Assembly (NCBI GenBank): GCA_002937895.1
Contig: PTKV01000007.1
Span: 9,440-73,439, forward strand
Source: Alphaproteobacteria bacterium MarineAlpha5_Bin9
GTDB taxonomy: Bacteria; Pseudomonadota; Alphaproteobacteria; HIMB59; GCA-002718135
DNA: 64,000 bases
Direction of reading: 5' to 3'
Of this stretch, positions 1 to 11,666 are shown piece by piece (position 1 is the stretch's first letter; the number at the start of each line of letters is the position of its first letter). Below the pieces are notes generated by a model that was given only the letters and a program-made list of their open reading frames with translations, was not told where the DNA came from and made no database searches. Position numbers and translations under genes: made by a program.

Positions 1-1080
1 GCAGGAGAAACAAATAAACTTCAAAAATATTTAGATATTGTTTCAGAAAAATCCTCATATTCTTCTGATTTAGTAATCACTTCTGGTGAACATGTATCTG
101 TAGGACTTTTATCAATAATATTAAATAAATTAAAAGTTAAATCTATCTGTCTCTTAGGTTGGCAAATTCCAATTATAACAGATAATTCATATGGTAAGGC
201 AAGAATATTAAAAATTAATAATAAAATAATTAAAAATTATTTTAAAAAAAATGAAGTAATAATTGTTCCTGGTTTTCAGGGTATAAGCAAAGAAGGTAAA
301 ATTTCATCCTTAGGAAGAGGCGGTTCAGATACAACTGCAGTAGCCTTAGCGTGTTCTTTAAAAGCAACAAGATGTGATATTTATACTGATGTTGATGGAG
401 TGTATTCAACAGATCCAAATATAGATAAAAAAGCAAAAAAAATTAAGAAAATATCTTATGAGGAAATGTTAGAAATGGCTTCTCTTGGAGCAAAAGTTCT
501 TCAAACTAGATCTGTAGAATTAGCAATGAAAAATAATTTGGTTTTACAAGTATTATCATCTTTAAATAATTCTCCTGGAACTTTTATAGTTAATGAGAAA
601 AATTTAATAGAAAAAGAAATGGTAACTGGAATTTCATATACGAAAAATGAAGCTAAAATTACTATTTCAGGTATTCCAGACAAACCAGGAGTTTCATCAC
701 TTATCTTTGGTATTTTATCTGATAGTAACATTAATGTAGATATGATAGTTCAAAATATATCTCAAGATGGTTTAAGAGCTAATGTAACTTTTACTGTACA
801 AGAAAGAGAAATGAATTTAGCTAAAAAAATTTTAGAAAAAAATAGAGATTTAATAGATTTTCATTATATCTCTACAAATGCTGATGTTTCAAAAGTTTCA
901 GTTATTGGGGTAGGTATGAAATCTCAATCAGGTGTAGCGAAAAAAATGTTTAAAGCTTTAGCTGATTTAAAAATAAATATATTAGCTATTTCAACTTCTG
1001 AAATTAAGATTAGTGTTTTAATAAATAGAAAAATGACAAATAAAGCAGTAAAAAAGCTCCATAAAGCTTATGTATTATAG
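1..1080 (+). CDS. lysC: Aspartate kinase, 5'-truncated by the window edge
   Basis: Frame 1 is open from base 1 (AGETNKLQ...SGE...GFQG...LGRGGSDTTAVALA...IYTDVDGVYSTDP), followed by two ACT domains. The ORF-track start at 400 is an internal GTG. Confidence 0.97.
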   Translation, partial: AGETNKLQKYLDIVSEKSSYSSDLVITSGEHVSVGLLSIILNKLKVKSICLLGWQIPIITDNSYGKARILKINNKIIKNYFKKNEVIIVPGFQGISKEGKISSLGRGGSDTTAVALACSLKATRCDIYTDVDGVYSTDPNIDKKAKKIKKISYEEMLEMASLGAKVLQTRSVELAMKNNLVLQVLSSLNNSPGTFIVNEKNLIEKEMVTGISYTKNEAKITISGIPDKPGVSSLIFGILSDSNINVDMIVQNISQDGLRANVTFTVQEREMNLAKKILEKNRDLIDFHYISTNADVSKVSVIGVGMKSQSGVAKKMFKALADLKINILAISTSEIKISVLINRKMTNKAVKKLHKAYVL

Positions 1081-1131
1081 TAAAAATGCAATAATTTGAC
1101 TGTATTTAATATCTATAATATAGGTAAATTA

Positions 1132-2004
1132 ATGAGTGTAGGTGATATTTTAAAAACAGCTAGATTAGATAAAGGATTTACTTTAGACCAAGTTAGTCAA
1201 AATTTAAAAATCTCTAAGCATTATCTTGAAGCAATAGAAAAAAACAATTTTGATAAAACAGCTGGTAGAGTTTATGACTTAGGCTTTATTCGATCTTACT
1301 CAGAATTTCTAGAACTTGAATCAAATAAAATTATTTCAATTTATAAAAAGCAAGTTTCATTTGATTCAATATCCAATGAAATAAATTTACCAAAGCCTGC
1401 TCAAATGTTTCAAATTTCTCAAGTATCAAAATTATTATCTATAATTGGGATTGTTGGAATAAGCACATCTTTTTATATTATGTTTATCTCACCTACAAAA
1501 TTAGGCAATAATAATAATTTTGCTATTACCTCTTTAATACCAGAAGAAAATATAGCTGAATTAGAAAAAATTGAATTAGAAGTTGGTTTAAAAGAAATTA
1601 ATCTAGCAAAGAATGCATTAAAAAAAGATTTATTTAAAAAGGATTTAAATCAAATAAATATTGATAAAGATAATCAATTAATTAAAAATACTTCAAAGCA
1701 ATTGAATGTAGTAGCCAATATTTCAAATGAATCAGTTGACACAGAGATTCAAAACATTGTTACTTTGAGATTATCTGAACCTACTTGGATACAAGTTAGA
1801 AATAATGAAAATGAAATAATACTTAGTAAATTAATGAAAAAAAATGATGAATTTGTCTATTCGTTATTAGATAATTATTCTATTACGACAGGAAATGCAG
1901 GAAATATATATATTTTAATCGGAGGTAAATTAAAGGGTAAACTTGGTAAAAAAGGTCAAGTATTAGATTCTGTAATTTTAACAGAAAATTATTTTAGTAA
2001 TTAA
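1132..2004 (+). CDS. rodZ: RodZ-like protein (N-terminal HTH, TM helix, DUF4115-like C-terminus)
   Basis: [43 protein letters not shown] segment, WIQVR...GNAG C-terminal motif; sits upstream of ispG as usual. ATG 1132 preferred over TTG 1096. Confidence 0.85.
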   Translation: MSVGDILKTARLDKGFTLDQVSQNLKISKHYLEAIEKNNFDKTAGRVYDLGFIRSYSEFLELESNKIISIYKKQVSFDSISNEINLPKPAQMFQISQVSKLLSIIGIVGISTSFYIMFISPTKLGNNNNFAITSLIPEENIAELEKIELEVGLKEINLAKNALKKDLFKKDLNQINIDKDNQLIKNTSKQLNVVANISNESVDTEIQNIVTLRLSEPTWIQVRNNENEIILSKLMKKNDEFVYSLLDNYSITTGNAGNIYILIGGKLKGKLGKKGQVLDSVILTENYFSN

Positions 2005-2018
2005 CAAATAAATTTTTA

Positions 2019-3110
2019 ATGTTAAGAAGTTATCAAAAGATAAAAAGAAGAGTAACTAAAGAAATAAATGTTGGAGATGTAAAAATAGGTGGAAGTGCTC
2101 CAATTTCTGTTCAAACTATGACAAATACATTAACTTCCGATGTAAAATCAACAGTTAATCAAATAAAAAAAATTGAAAAAGCCGGAGCTGATTTAGTTAG
2201 AGTCTCTGTTCCTGATGAGGAATCCTCAAAATCACTAAAAGAAATTGTTAAAAAATCAAAAATTCCTGTTATTGCTGATGTTCATTTTCATTATAAAAGA
2301 GCTATTGAGTCAGCAAATAGTGGAGCTTCATGTTTGAGGATTAATCCAGGAAATATAGGTTCGAAAGAAAAAATTAAAGATGTAATTCAATCTGCTAAAG
2401 ATAACAATTGTTCTATTAGAATAGGTGTTAATGCAGGGAGCTTAGAAAAAAAAATTTTAGAAAAATATGGAGAACCTAATCCAGAGGCTTTAGTTGAGAG
2501 TGCATTAAATAATATTAAAATTCTTGAAGATAATGATTTTTATAACTTTAAAATTAGCGTAAAAGCCTCTGATGTTTTTTTATCTATAAAAGCTTATGAA
2601 AGCTTGTCAAAAAAATGTAATTATCCTCTTCATTTAGGGATAACTGAAGCAGGAGCAAAACGGTTTGGTTCGGTGAAATCTTCCATTGGAATAGGAAATT
2701 TATTGTTAAAAGGTATAGGCGATACAATTAGAATTTCTCTAACAGATTCACCTGAAGAAGAAGTTAAGGTTGGTTTTGATATATTAAAAAGTCTGAATTT
2801 AAGACACCGAGGTGTAAAAATTATATCCTGCCCATCTTGTGCAAGACAGCAATTTGAAGTGATTAATGTGGTTAAAAAACTTGAGAAATCTCTAGAAGAT
2901 GTGAAAACTCCTATTACAGTTTCTATTATTGGTTGTGTAGTTAATGGTCCTGGAGAGGCAACAATGACGAATATTGGTATTACTGGTGGAGGAAACAATA
3001 CTCACATGATATATATAGATGGAGAAAAGAATCACAGAATAACTAATGAGGATTTAGTCCCGTACTTATCTTCGTTAATTAGAAAAAAGGCCTTAGAAAA
3101 AAAAAATTAA
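2019..3110 (+). CDS. ispG: 4-hydroxy-3-methylbut-2-en-1-yl diphosphate synthase
   Basis: [34 protein letters not shown] and [10 protein letters not shown] motifs. Confidence 0.98.
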   Translation: MLRSYQKIKRRVTKEINVGDVKIGGSAPISVQTMTNTLTSDVKSTVNQIKKIEKAGADLVRVSVPDEESSKSLKEIVKKSKIPVIADVHFHYKRAIESANSGASCLRINPGNIGSKEKIKDVIQSAKDNNCSIRIGVNAGSLEKKILEKYGEPNPEALVESALNNIKILEDNDFYNFKISVKASDVFLSIKAYESLSKKCNYPLHLGITEAGAKRFGSVKSSIGIGNLLLKGIGDTIRISLTDSPEEEVKVGFDILKSLNLRHRGVKIISCPSCARQQFEVINVVKKLEKSLEDVKTPITVSIIGCVVNGPGEATMTNIGITGGGNNTHMIYIDGEKNHRITNEDLVPYLSSLIRKKALEKKN

Positions 3111-3124
3111 AAAAATACAAGTAA

Positions 3125-4399
3125 ATGTCAATTATACAACCTGCTAGAGGAACTCATGATTATTATGGAGATAAAATTAATCTCTATAATAGGATAAGAT
3201 CTATTATATCTAAAATTGCGAAAATATACGATTTTAAAGAAATTCAAACTCCAATTTTTGAATTGAGTAATTTATTTAAAAAACCATTGGGAGAAAATTC
3301 AGATGTGATTCTTAAAGAAATGTACACATTTGAAGATAAAAATGAAACCATGCTTTCTCTCAGGCCAGAATTTACGACTCCTATAATTAGAGCTGCTATT
3401 TCAAATAATTTAATAAGTAATTTGCCACTTAAGTTGTTTAGTTTTGGCCCTACTTTCAGAAGAGAAAGACCACAAAAAGGGAGATACAGACAGTTTAATC
3501 AAATCAATTTTGAGATTTTTGGTACTCATGATCCTTATTCAGATGTTGAACTTATTAATCTAGCAGATAAGTTTTTAAAGGAAATTTTTTCAATAAATAA
3601 ACTTATAGAGCAAAATATTACGCTAGAAATAAATTCTCTTGGAGATATACATACCATACAAAAATATAAAGAAAATTTAACAACTTATTATGAAAAATAT
3701 AAGTTTGATTTATCAGAAGACTCTGTAAAAAAAATTAAATTGAATCCTTTAAGAATTTTAGATTCAAAAAAAGAAATAGATAATAAAATTAATCTTGGTG
3801 CTCCAAAAATTAAAAATTTTTATTCTAAAGAATCGCATCAAGCATTTGATAAAGTGCAATCATATCTTAATAATGAAAATATTTCTTATAAAATTAATAA
3901 CAACTTAGTTAGAGGACTTGATTATTATTGTCACACAGTTTTTGAGTATAAGACTTCTAATTTAGGAACGCAGGATACTTTAATTGGTGGCGGAAGATAT
4001 GATGGTTTAATAAAAAATATAGGAGGGCCAGACGTTCCTGGAGTAGGTTGGGCTGGAGGGGTTGAAAGAATTTTATTAATGTTAAAAAATTTAAAAGAAA
4101 ACAAGGCAATTGTTGAATTGATAATTCTTGATGATGAATCAAAAGAATATGGCACAAAAATACTCTCAAGTTTGAGAAATAAAAATGTATCAACTAAATA
4201 TAGTTATAATAAGAACATAAAAAAAATACTTAAAAGAGCAAGCAATGAAAATATTAATTTTGTAATTATTGTTGGCGAAAATGAACTTAACAATAAAACT
4301 TTTGTTTTAAAGGATTTAAAAAAAGAAAAACAAGAAATTATAAAAATTGCAGAACTAGATGAAATTATAAAAAATGAAAGATTTAAATCAGAAAATTGA
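3125..4399 (+). CDS. hisS: Histidine--tRNA ligase
   Basis: [35 protein letters not shown] and GGGRYDGL motifs. Confidence 0.98.
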   Translation: MSIIQPARGTHDYYGDKINLYNRIRSIISKIAKIYDFKEIQTPIFELSNLFKKPLGENSDVILKEMYTFEDKNETMLSLRPEFTTPIIRAAISNNLISNLPLKLFSFGPTFRRERPQKGRYRQFNQINFEIFGTHDPYSDVELINLADKFLKEIFSINKLIEQNITLEINSLGDIHTIQKYKENLTTYYEKYKFDLSEDSVKKIKLNPLRILDSKKEIDNKINLGAPKIKNFYSKESHQAFDKVQSYLNNENISYKINNNLVRGLDYYCHTVFEYKTSNLGTQDTLIGGGRYDGLIKNIGGPDVPGVGWAGGVERILLMLKNLKENKAIVELIILDDESKEYGTKILSSLRNKNVSTKYSYNKNIKKILKRASNENINFVIIVGENELNNKTFVLKDLKKEKQEIIKIAELDEIIKNERFKSEN

Positions 4400-5450
4400 A
4401 AATATTTTACAAAAGTTTAAAGAAATAGAAATTAAACTTTCTGAGTCAAGTGGTTTGAATAGCAATACTTTAATTAAATTAAATAAAGAGTATGCCGATT
4501 TGAATCCAGTAGTAGATAAAATTAATTTATATAATAAGTGTATTTCAAATATTAATGGAATTAATGAGTTAATTAATGATGAAGATAATCAAATTAAATC
4601 TGAGGCTGAAAAAGAGTTAGTAAAAGAAAAAAAAAATTTGGAAATTATTGAAAATGAATTGCTTAGATTGTTAATACCAAAAGATATAAATGATAATAAA
4701 AATTCAATATTAGAAATAAGAGCTGGGACCGGAGGTGAAGAAGCATCGTTGTTTGCAGCCAATCTTTTTAATATGTATCAAAAATATTCTGATTTAAAAA
4801 ATTGGAAATTTGAAATTATGTCCCTTTCGGAAACTGGATTGAAAGGTATAAAAGAGGTAGTTTGTAACATTAAAGGTAATAATGTTTTTTCTAGATTAAA
4901 ATTTGAGTCTGGAGTTCATCGTGTGCAAAGAATACCTGTTACTGAAACAGGTGGGAGAATTCATACATCAGCTGCCACAGTAGCAGTTTTACCTGAAGCT
5001 GAAGAAGTGGACATAGTAATTGAAGAAAAAGATCTAAGAATTGACGTTTTTAGATCTAGTGGACCAGGAGGTCAATCAGTTAATACTACTGATAGTGCAG
5101 TTAGAATTACCCATATTCCTTCAGGTATCGTTGTTTCGCAACAAGATGAAAAATCTCAACACAAAAATAAATCTAAAGCTATGAAAATTTTACGTTCTAG
5201 AATTCTAGACAGAGAAATTCAAATCAAGAATATTGAAAGAGCAGAAAAAAGAAAATCACAAGTTGGTTCAGGAGATAGATCTGAAAGAATTAGAACTTAT
5301 AATTTTCCTCAAGGTAGAATTTCTGATCATAGAATTAACTTAACAATATATAAATTAAATGAAGTTTTAGAGGGCAATCTAGATGAAGTTATTGATCCTT
5401 TGATTATTGATAATGAAACAAAGCTAATATCTGAATTAAATAATGATTAA
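4374..5450 (+). CDS. prfA: Peptide chain release factor 1
   Basis: [14 protein letters not shown] tripeptide (RIPVTE), [19 protein letters not shown]. Confidence 0.98.
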   Translation: MKDLNQKIENILQKFKEIEIKLSESSGLNSNTLIKLNKEYADLNPVVDKINLYNKCISNINGINELINDEDNQIKSEAEKELVKEKKNLEIIENELLRLLIPKDINDNKNSILEIRAGTGGEEASLFAANLFNMYQKYSDLKNWKFEIMSLSETGLKGIKEVVCNIKGNNVFSRLKFESGVHRVQRIPVTETGGRIHTSAATVAVLPEAEEVDIVIEEKDLRIDVFRSSGPGGQSVNTTDSAVRITHIPSGIVVSQQDEKSQHKNKSKAMKILRSRILDREIQIKNIERAEKRKSQVGSGDRSERIRTYNFPQGRISDHRINLTIYKLNEVLEGNLDEVIDPLIIDNETKLISELNND

Positions 5451-6297
5451 TTTTATCACCTTTCATTTAGAAAAACTTAAAACAAATAAAATTTCTAATC
5501 CTGAATTTGAACTCAGACTTCTTTTCAATTATTGTTCTATAAATAAAAAAGAAATTTTTTTAAATGATTTTAATTTAAATAAAATTAATCTAATAAAATT
5601 TAAAAATGCATTTCAAAGAAGAATTTTTCATGAACCTTTATCTAAAATATTTAATATAAAAGAATTCTATAGTCTAAATTTTTATGTTAACAATAAAGTT
5701 TTAGATCCAAGGCCCGAAACAGAATTTATAATTGATGCTGTAAAAGATTTTTTTTTAAATAATGAGTCTTCAATTAAGATATGTGATCTTGGCACAGGTT
5801 CAGGTTGCTTAGCAATAACACTGGCAAAAATTTATAAAAATTCTAAAATATTAGCAACAGATATATCTAAAGATGCTTTAAATGTTGCAAAAAAAAATGC
5901 AATAATTCATAATGTTCAAAACCGTATAGACTTTAAGTTTTGTAACTGGATTAAAAATAAAGATATATTTGATATTATAGTTTGCAATCCTCCATACTTA
6001 TCTGAAAAAGATTATATTAAATGTGATCAAAATATTAGAAAATATGAGCCAAAAATCGCATTATTAGGAGGTAAAAATGGTCTTAAGTATTTTTCTGAAT
6101 TATCAATAATTTTTAGAGAAATATCTCATCATAAATCATTGATATTTGTTGAAATAGGCCACAGACAACTCGAACAAGTATTAACTATTTTTAAAAATAA
6201 TGACCTAATTCCATTAAAAATTATTAAAGATTATCAACAAATTAATAGAGTGATAGTGCTTAAAAAAAGACAAAGAAAGAAAAAACTTGAAAAGTAG
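5443..6297 (+). CDS. prmC: Release factor glutamine methyltransferase
   Basis: [16 protein letters not shown] and NPPY motifs; directly follows prfA. Confidence 0.96.
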   Translation: MINFITFHLEKLKTNKISNPEFELRLLFNYCSINKKEIFLNDFNLNKINLIKFKNAFQRRIFHEPLSKIFNIKEFYSLNFYVNNKVLDPRPETEFIIDAVKDFFLNNESSIKICDLGTGSGCLAITLAKIYKNSKILATDISKDALNVAKKNAIIHNVQNRIDFKFCNWIKNKDIFDIIVCNPPYLSEKDYIKCDQNIRKYEPKIALLGGKNGLKYFSELSIIFREISHHKSLIFVEIGHRQLEQVLTIFKNNDLIPLKIIKDYQQINRVIVLKKRQRKKKLEK

Positions 6298-6382
6298 AAA
6301 AATAAATGTATGAGAGTGAATATATAGTATAATAATAGATATAATCTATTAATTATATTTCCAATAATATATGTAGGTTAAT

Positions 6383-6817
6383 TTGAATTTTACAAGAAGA
6401 AATAGTCGTTCGTCGTATAGACATAAGAGAACAAATAGTGGTTATAAGCATCCAAGTTCATATGCTGGAAATAAAAACCGCTCAAGAGGTAACGTTTCAC
6501 AGCTATATGAAAAATATTTTAAACTTGCAAAAGAAGCATCTTCTTCAGGAGATAGAATTCAGGCTGAATATTATTGGCAGTATGTTGATCATTATTCACG
6601 TACTATGTTTGAAAACGGTATAAAAACTGAACCTCTTTCAACAAATTTTGAAAATGAAAAACCTGAAATAGCCAAAAATGATTCTAATTCAGCTAGTAAT
6701 AAAAAAGAAAAAAAAGAACTAAATAATGTAGAAAAATTAAGTGAAGAAGATAATATTGAATCTGATGATTCATCTATAGATCAAGTTTCTTTTATTTCAA
6801 ATCCTGTTAAAAAATAA
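6383..6817 (+). CDS. DUF4167 family protein
   Basis: RGNVSQLYEKYFKLAKEASSSGDRIQAEYYWQYVDHYSR resembles the DUF4167 core; conserved position after prmC in alphaproteobacteria; TTG start. Confidence 0.8.
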   Translation: MNFTRRNSRSSYRHKRTNSGYKHPSSYAGNKNRSRGNVSQLYEKYFKLAKEASSSGDRIQAEYYWQYVDHYSRTMFENGIKTEPLSTNFENEKPEIAKNDSNSASNKKEKKELNNVEKLSEEDNIESDDSSIDQVSFISNPVKK

Positions 6818-6823
6818 ATAAAT

Positions 6824-8146
6824 TTATTCATATAAATTAAACAAAAAATCAGAATATCTTTTTTTAACAATTTTCTTGAATTCTTTTAATTCATTTCCTT
6901 CTAATTTTTTTCCTGAAGGAAGCTTTAGTGTTAAAGGATTTATTTGTTTGTTTTGATAAATAATTTCATAGTGGAGATGAGGGCCTGTAGAACGTCCTGT
7001 TGATCCAACGAAACCTATGATTTGTCCTTGTTTTACTTTGCTACCTTTACTTATATCTTTTTGATATCCATTTAAATGTGCATATGCTGTTTTATACGAA
7101 TTATTATGCCTAATTCTTATATATTTACCATATGCACCATTTCTTCCAATGTATTCTACAACTCCATTTCCCGCAGCAAATATAGGTGTTCCTATAGGGG
7201 CAGCGAAATCTATTCCTCTATGCATTTTATTATAGCCTAAAATAGGATGCATTCTCATTCCGAATGTTGAAGATAATTTTGCTCCATCAATTGGAGTTTT
7301 CATTAGAGCTTTTTTTACATTTTTTCCCTCTCTATCAAAATAATCTATGTAACCTTCTGTTGTTTTAAAAGCAAAATATTCTAAATCATTTTTTTCAAAA
7401 ATTATATTTGTGTATATTATATTTCCATAAGAAACTGTTCTTCTATTTTCATTGTAAAAAACTTCATACATTACCTGCAATTTGTTTCCTTTTTTAATAT
7501 CTCTTTGAAAATCTAAATCAAAGCTATATAATCTTATTAAATCATTTAGTATTGAAGTTGGGATATTATCATCTCTTCCATCCCTAAAAATAGAATAATT
7601 AATAATTACATCATTTGAAACAAGTTCTTTATATATAGGTATTTCAATAATTTCAGATTTAAAATTGTTGTTAGAAATTTTTTCAATTTTTAAATCAGTT
7701 TTGAAATTCAGTGGGATTAATATTTTAATTAATTCTTGTGTTTTATTTGTAAATATATAAATTTTATGTCCAATATTTAACTTTCTTAGATCAAATTTAT
7801 CATTTATCATTTTAATAATTTTTTGTTTTTCTTCATTATTTTCTATAAAAGGGTTTATTAATTGTGAAAATGTATCATTTTTTTTTACTATTAAGACGCT
7901 TTCATTTAGCTCAGCATTCAACTCTTTATTATTTATAGTTAATTTATCATCTAATATATTATTCGATTTTTCATTTTCTTTTAAAATTTTATTTTCCTTT
8001 TTAAGTATTGATTTATTTATATTTATTTTTAATATAGAGTTGTATTTATAAAGTGAATTATAACCTTGGTAAAAATAAAATATTGATAAAGTTAAAAAAG
8101 AAAATATAAAAATAAATTTAGCTAAGTTGTTAAATAGACTATACAT
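6824..8146 (-). CDS. M23 family peptidoglycan metallopeptidase
   Basis: N-terminal TM; MHRGIDFAAPIGTP, YAHL and TGRSTGPHLHYE M23 motifs. Confidence 0.95.
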   Translation of the reverse strand: MYSLFNNLAKFIFIFSFLTLSIFYFYQGYNSLYKYNSILKININKSILKKENKILKENEKSNNILDDKLTINNKELNAELNESVLIVKKNDTFSQLINPFIENNEEKQKIIKMINDKFDLRKLNIGHKIYIFTNKTQELIKILIPLNFKTDLKIEKISNNNFKSEIIEIPIYKELVSNDVIINYSIFRDGRDDNIPTSILNDLIRLYSFDLDFQRDIKKGNKLQVMYEVFYNENRRTVSYGNIIYTNIIFEKNDLEYFAFKTTEGYIDYFDREGKNVKKALMKTPIDGAKLSSTFGMRMHPILGYNKMHRGIDFAAPIGTPIFAAGNGVVEYIGRNGAYGKYIRIRHNNSYKTAYAHLNGYQKDISKGSKVKQGQIIGFVGSTGRSTGPHLHYEIIYQNKQINPLTLKLPSGKKLEGNELKEFKKIVKKRYSDFLFNLYE

Positions 8147-8202
8147 AAATTAAAATTAATTTATAAATTATTTGTAATTTTTTCTCAAACTTAATAATTT
8201 TT

Positions 8203-8231
8203 TTGAAATTATGACGAATAACAAGTAATAT
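8203..8231 (+). promoter_or_regulatory. Putative sigma70 promoter of tRNA-Val
   Basis: TTGAAA-17 bp-TAATAT ending 10 nt before the tRNA; AT-rich context weakens the call. Confidence 0.4.
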
Positions 8232-8241
8232 AGTTCTATAT

Positions 8242-8316
8242 GGGTGCGTAGCTCAGTGGTAGAGTATTGCCTTGACATGGCAAGGGTCACAGGTTCAAGT
8301 CCTGTCGCACCCACCA
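8242..8316 (+). tRNA. tRNA-Val(GAC)
   Basis: Acceptor stem GGGTGCG/CGCACCC, anticodon arm TTGCC-TTGACAT-GGCAA, GGTTCAAGTCC T-arm, encoded CCA. Confidence 0.97.
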
Positions 8317-8320
8317 AAAA

Positions 8321-9178
8321 TTATATTTTTTTTGATCTTGTAGCAATATAAACTCCAGCTGAACTTATCAAAAGTCCTAAAATATCATATTTGGATATAT
8401 CTTCTTTTAAAAAAATCCAAGCCATACAAGCAGATACTGGAGCTATTAAAAAAAATAGATTTGAAGTTTTGCTGGCAGTTCCTATTTTTATTAAATACAT
8501 TAATATCGTAAAAGCTCCAAAAGAAATTGCTATAATTTGCCAGCTCATTGATAAAACAAATTGATAATTAAAATCAATATAAGGATCTTCCACAAGTAAC
8601 ATAATTAAAAACAAAAAAATACTAGCGCCGATAGCTTGATAAAAATTACTTACTGCAAGAGGCAACTTGTCACTTAATTTTTTTTGCCATAAAGTTGCTG
8701 TTGTGGCTGCTAATAAAGCAACTATAATAGAAACTAATGCTATTAGAGGTATATTTTGTTCAAAATCATAACCAATAACAAAAAAAGTTCCTAAAAAACC
8801 AAATAAAATTCCTATCCATTGTTTCCATGTAACTTCTTCTTTAAGAAAAGGACCCGCTAAAAGATTTGTAAGTATTGGCTGAAGTGAAACAATCAAAGCA
8901 CCTATTGTTGCTGATAAACCTAAAGAAAATGAATAGAAGACTCCCCCAAGGTAAAATCCATGAAATAGTATCCCAGATAAACATGCTTCAGTTAATGCTT
9001 TCTTATTAACAATTATCTTTTTTCCAAGGTAAATTGAAAAAATTAAAAAACCTATTGCTACTATTACAAATCGAAAGGATAGTGAAGCAAAGGGTGAGGC
9101 ATTTTCAACAATAACTTTACTAGTTATGAAAGCAGATGACCACAATATTACAAAAAATAGTGAGAAAATTTGAGGCAT
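8321..9178 (-). CDS. DMT/EamA family transporter
   Basis: About ten hydrophobic helices in two EamA-like repeats (LWSSAFI...FR...; LQPILT...; FLKE). Confidence 0.9.
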   Translation of the reverse strand: MPQIFSLFFVILWSSAFITSKVIVENASPFASLSFRFVIVAIGFLIFSIYLGKKIIVNKKALTEACLSGILFHGFYLGGVFYSFSLGLSATIGALIVSLQPILTNLLAGPFLKEEVTWKQWIGILFGFLGTFFVIGYDFEQNIPLIALVSIIVALLAATTATLWQKKLSDKLPLAVSNFYQAIGASIFLFLIMLLVEDPYIDFNYQFVLSMSWQIIAISFGAFTILMYLIKIGTASKTSNLFFLIAPVSACMAWIFLKEDISKYDILGLLISSAGVYIATRSKKI

Positions 9179-9247
9179 ATTAAATAAATTATAATTATAA
9201 TTTAAATTAGAACTTGTATATTTATTTTATTATACTAGTTTATATAG

Positions 9248-9655
9248 ATGAAAGAAACTTTAACTGCTCTTACTCTAGCTTTTCTAATTTTTTTGATTAT
9301 TGATGGTATTTGGCTGTCAATAGCAGTAAAATATATTTATAGACCTTATTTGGGAGATATTATTTCAGATAAGCCCGTGATTTGGGCAGCAGTTTTATTT
9401 TATCTATTGTTTCCTATTGGATTGACATTAGTTGTTATTAATCCAACGATGATAAATGGAGATATAATGAAAGCAATGTTTCTAGGCGCTATTTTTGGTC
9501 TAGTTGCTTATGGTACTTATAATTTGACTAATATGGCAACTGTAAAAAATTGGGCTTATCAAATTGTAATTATAGATATGATATGGGGTTCTTTACTTAC
9601 AGGTATAACTTCAGGATTAACTGTTTTTTTAATTAAATTGTTTTATAATAATTAA
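9248..9655 (+). CDS. DUF2177-like small membrane protein
   Basis: IDGIWL, FYLL, GAIFGLVAYGTYNLTN and IDMIWG pattern; four TM segments. Confidence 0.8.
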   Translation: MKETLTALTLAFLIFLIIDGIWLSIAVKYIYRPYLGDIISDKPVIWAAVLFYLLFPIGLTLVVINPTMINGDIMKAMFLGAIFGLVAYGTYNLTNMATVKNWAYQIVIIDMIWGSLLTGITSGLTVFLIKLFYNN

Positions 9656-10539
9656 TATTTTCTTTTAATTATATAGCGAATTATTTCTTCTAAATGATTC
9701 CATTTATTAAAATAAAGCTTATTATTACTTATAAAATCTTCAATTAATTTTTCACAAAAATCAATAATATTTCTTTTATTTATATGATTTATGATTGTGC
9801 TTTTTCCTTGAATTTTATCTTTACCCGGTGTTTTTCCTAGAAGATTATAATCACTAATTAAATCAAGATAATCATCAATTATTTGAAACACTAATCCAAA
9901 ATTAGAACCAAAATTTTTTGCAAATTTTATTTCTCTATTTGATCGTTTAGCAATTAAAAATGGAGATAAGCATGAATATTCAAATAATTTTCCAGTTTTC
10001 ATTTTATACATTTTTATTATATTTTTTTTACTAATTTTTTTGTTCTCAAATTTTAAATCAAGTGACTGTCCTCCAGCTAGTCCTTTAATACCTGTAGAAA
10101 CAGATAGTAAATTTATTAATTCTAGTCTGATTTTATAACTATCATGAATCAAATTATCTGATAATATTTCAAATGCTAAATCGTGTAAACTATCACCAGC
10201 TAAAATAGCTTCCGCTTCATTGTATTTTTTATGAACACTTAACTTTCCTCTTCTATAATCATCATCATCCATTGATGGTAAATCATCATGTATTAGTGAA
10301 TAGGAGTGAATACATTCTACAGCAGCTGACAAATATAATGAGTTATTTTTTTTCAATCCAACAATTTCAGAAAAAGTATCTATTAAAAATGGACGGATTC
10401 TCTTTCCCCCATTCATCGCTCCATAAATAATGACTTCAGATAAGCTTTCCTTTGGCAATTTTTTAAGTAATAATTTATGAAAAAAATTATTAAATTTTTC
10501 ACTGTTTTTTTTAATCTTTGTGCTAGTATTATACTTCAT
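9652..10539 (-). CDS. ispA: Polyprenyl (farnesyl diphosphate) synthase
   Basis: GGKRIRP, HSYSLIHDDLPSMDDDDYRRG, GGQSLD, KTG and FQIIDD motifs. Confidence 0.95.
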   Translation of the reverse strand: MKYNTSTKIKKNSEKFNNFFHKLLLKKLPKESLSEVIIYGAMNGGKRIRPFLIDTFSEIVGLKKNNSLYLSAAVECIHSYSLIHDDLPSMDDDDYRRGKLSVHKKYNEAEAILAGDSLHDLAFEILSDNLIHDSYKIRLELINLLSVSTGIKGLAGGQSLDLKFENKKISKKNIIKMYKMKTGKLFEYSCLSPFLIAKRSNREIKFAKNFGSNFGLVFQIIDDYLDLISDYNLLGKTPGKDKIQGKSTIINHINKRNIIDFCEKLIEDFISNNKLYFNKWNHLEEIIRYIIKRKY

Positions 10540-10628
10540 TTGATTTAAATAACATGTTGTATAATGTAATTCTATAGGATTAAATATGATTATAACAAAA
10601 CTTTTGCTATTTAAATTTATATATTTTT

Positions 10629-11666
10629 ATGCGAATTGAAGAAGAAATAAAACTTGATTACTCAGATGTTCTTTTTAGACCTAAAAGAAGCACTCTAAGT
10701 AGTAGAAAAGAAGTAAACTTATCGAGAGTATATAAATTTAAATATAGCAATCATGAATGGGAAGGAATACCTATAATTTCTTCTAATATGGATGGTGTGG
10801 GAGAATTGGAAGTAGCAAAAGTTTTATCAGATTATCAAATTATGACTTCTCTTACTAAACACCATGATCTAAAAAAAATATCAAACTGTAAATATATAAA
10901 AGATATATATAAATATATTGCATTAAGTTGTGGAACTAGTAAAAATAGTTATGAAAGACTTAATGAGATATTAAAAGAAAATAGTTTTTTTGAATTTATT
11001 TGTATAGATATAGCAAATGGATATTCAGAACACTTTAGTAAGTTTGTTTCAAATGTAAGAGAAAATCATCCTACAAAAACAATTATAGCCGGCAATGTTG
11101 TTACGGCAGATATGACTCAGGAATTGATTTTAAGTGGAGCTGACATTGTTAAAGTTGGAATTGGCCCAGGTAGTGTTTGCACAACAAGAATTCAAACTGG
11201 AGTTGGCTATCCTCAATTGAGCGCTGTTATAGAGTGCGCTGATGCTGCTCATGGATTGGGAGCTCATATTATAGCTGATGGAGGATGTACTTGCCCAGGT
11301 GATGTTGCAAAAGCTTTTGGCGGAGGAGCAGATTTTGTTATGCTAGGCGGTATGCTTGCAGGTCATAAAGAAGGAGGAGGTCAAATAGTTAAATTAAATG
11401 ATAAAGAATATGTTGAATTTTATGGATCAAGCTCAGAAGAAGCAAATAATAAACATTATGGGGGATTGAATGATTATCGTTCAAGTGAAGGAAAAAAAGT
11501 AATGTTACCATATAGAGGAGATTTAAATTTAACAGTAAAAGATATTTTAGGGGGAATCAGAAGCAGTTGTACTTATGTAGGTGCTCCAACATTAAAACAA
11601 TTAAGTAAATGCACAACTTTTGTTAGGGTAAACAATCAATACAATGATACTTTTGGAAAAAGTTAG
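10629..11666 (+). CDS. guaC: GMP reductase
   Basis: [33 protein letters not shown] and RSSEGK match the E. coli-type GuaC. Confidence 0.96.
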   Translation: MRIEEEIKLDYSDVLFRPKRSTLSSRKEVNLSRVYKFKYSNHEWEGIPIISSNMDGVGELEVAKVLSDYQIMTSLTKHHDLKKISNCKYIKDIYKYIALSCGTSKNSYERLNEILKENSFFEFICIDIANGYSEHFSKFVSNVRENHPTKTIIAGNVVTADMTQELILSGADIVKVGIGPGSVCTTRIQTGVGYPQLSAVIECADAAHGLGAHIIADGGCTCPGDVAKAFGGGADFVMLGGMLAGHKEGGGQIVKLNDKEYVEFYGSSSEEANNKHYGGLNDYRSSEGKKVMLPYRGDLNLTVKDILGGIRSSCTYVGAPTLKQLSKCTTFVRVNNQYNDTFGKS

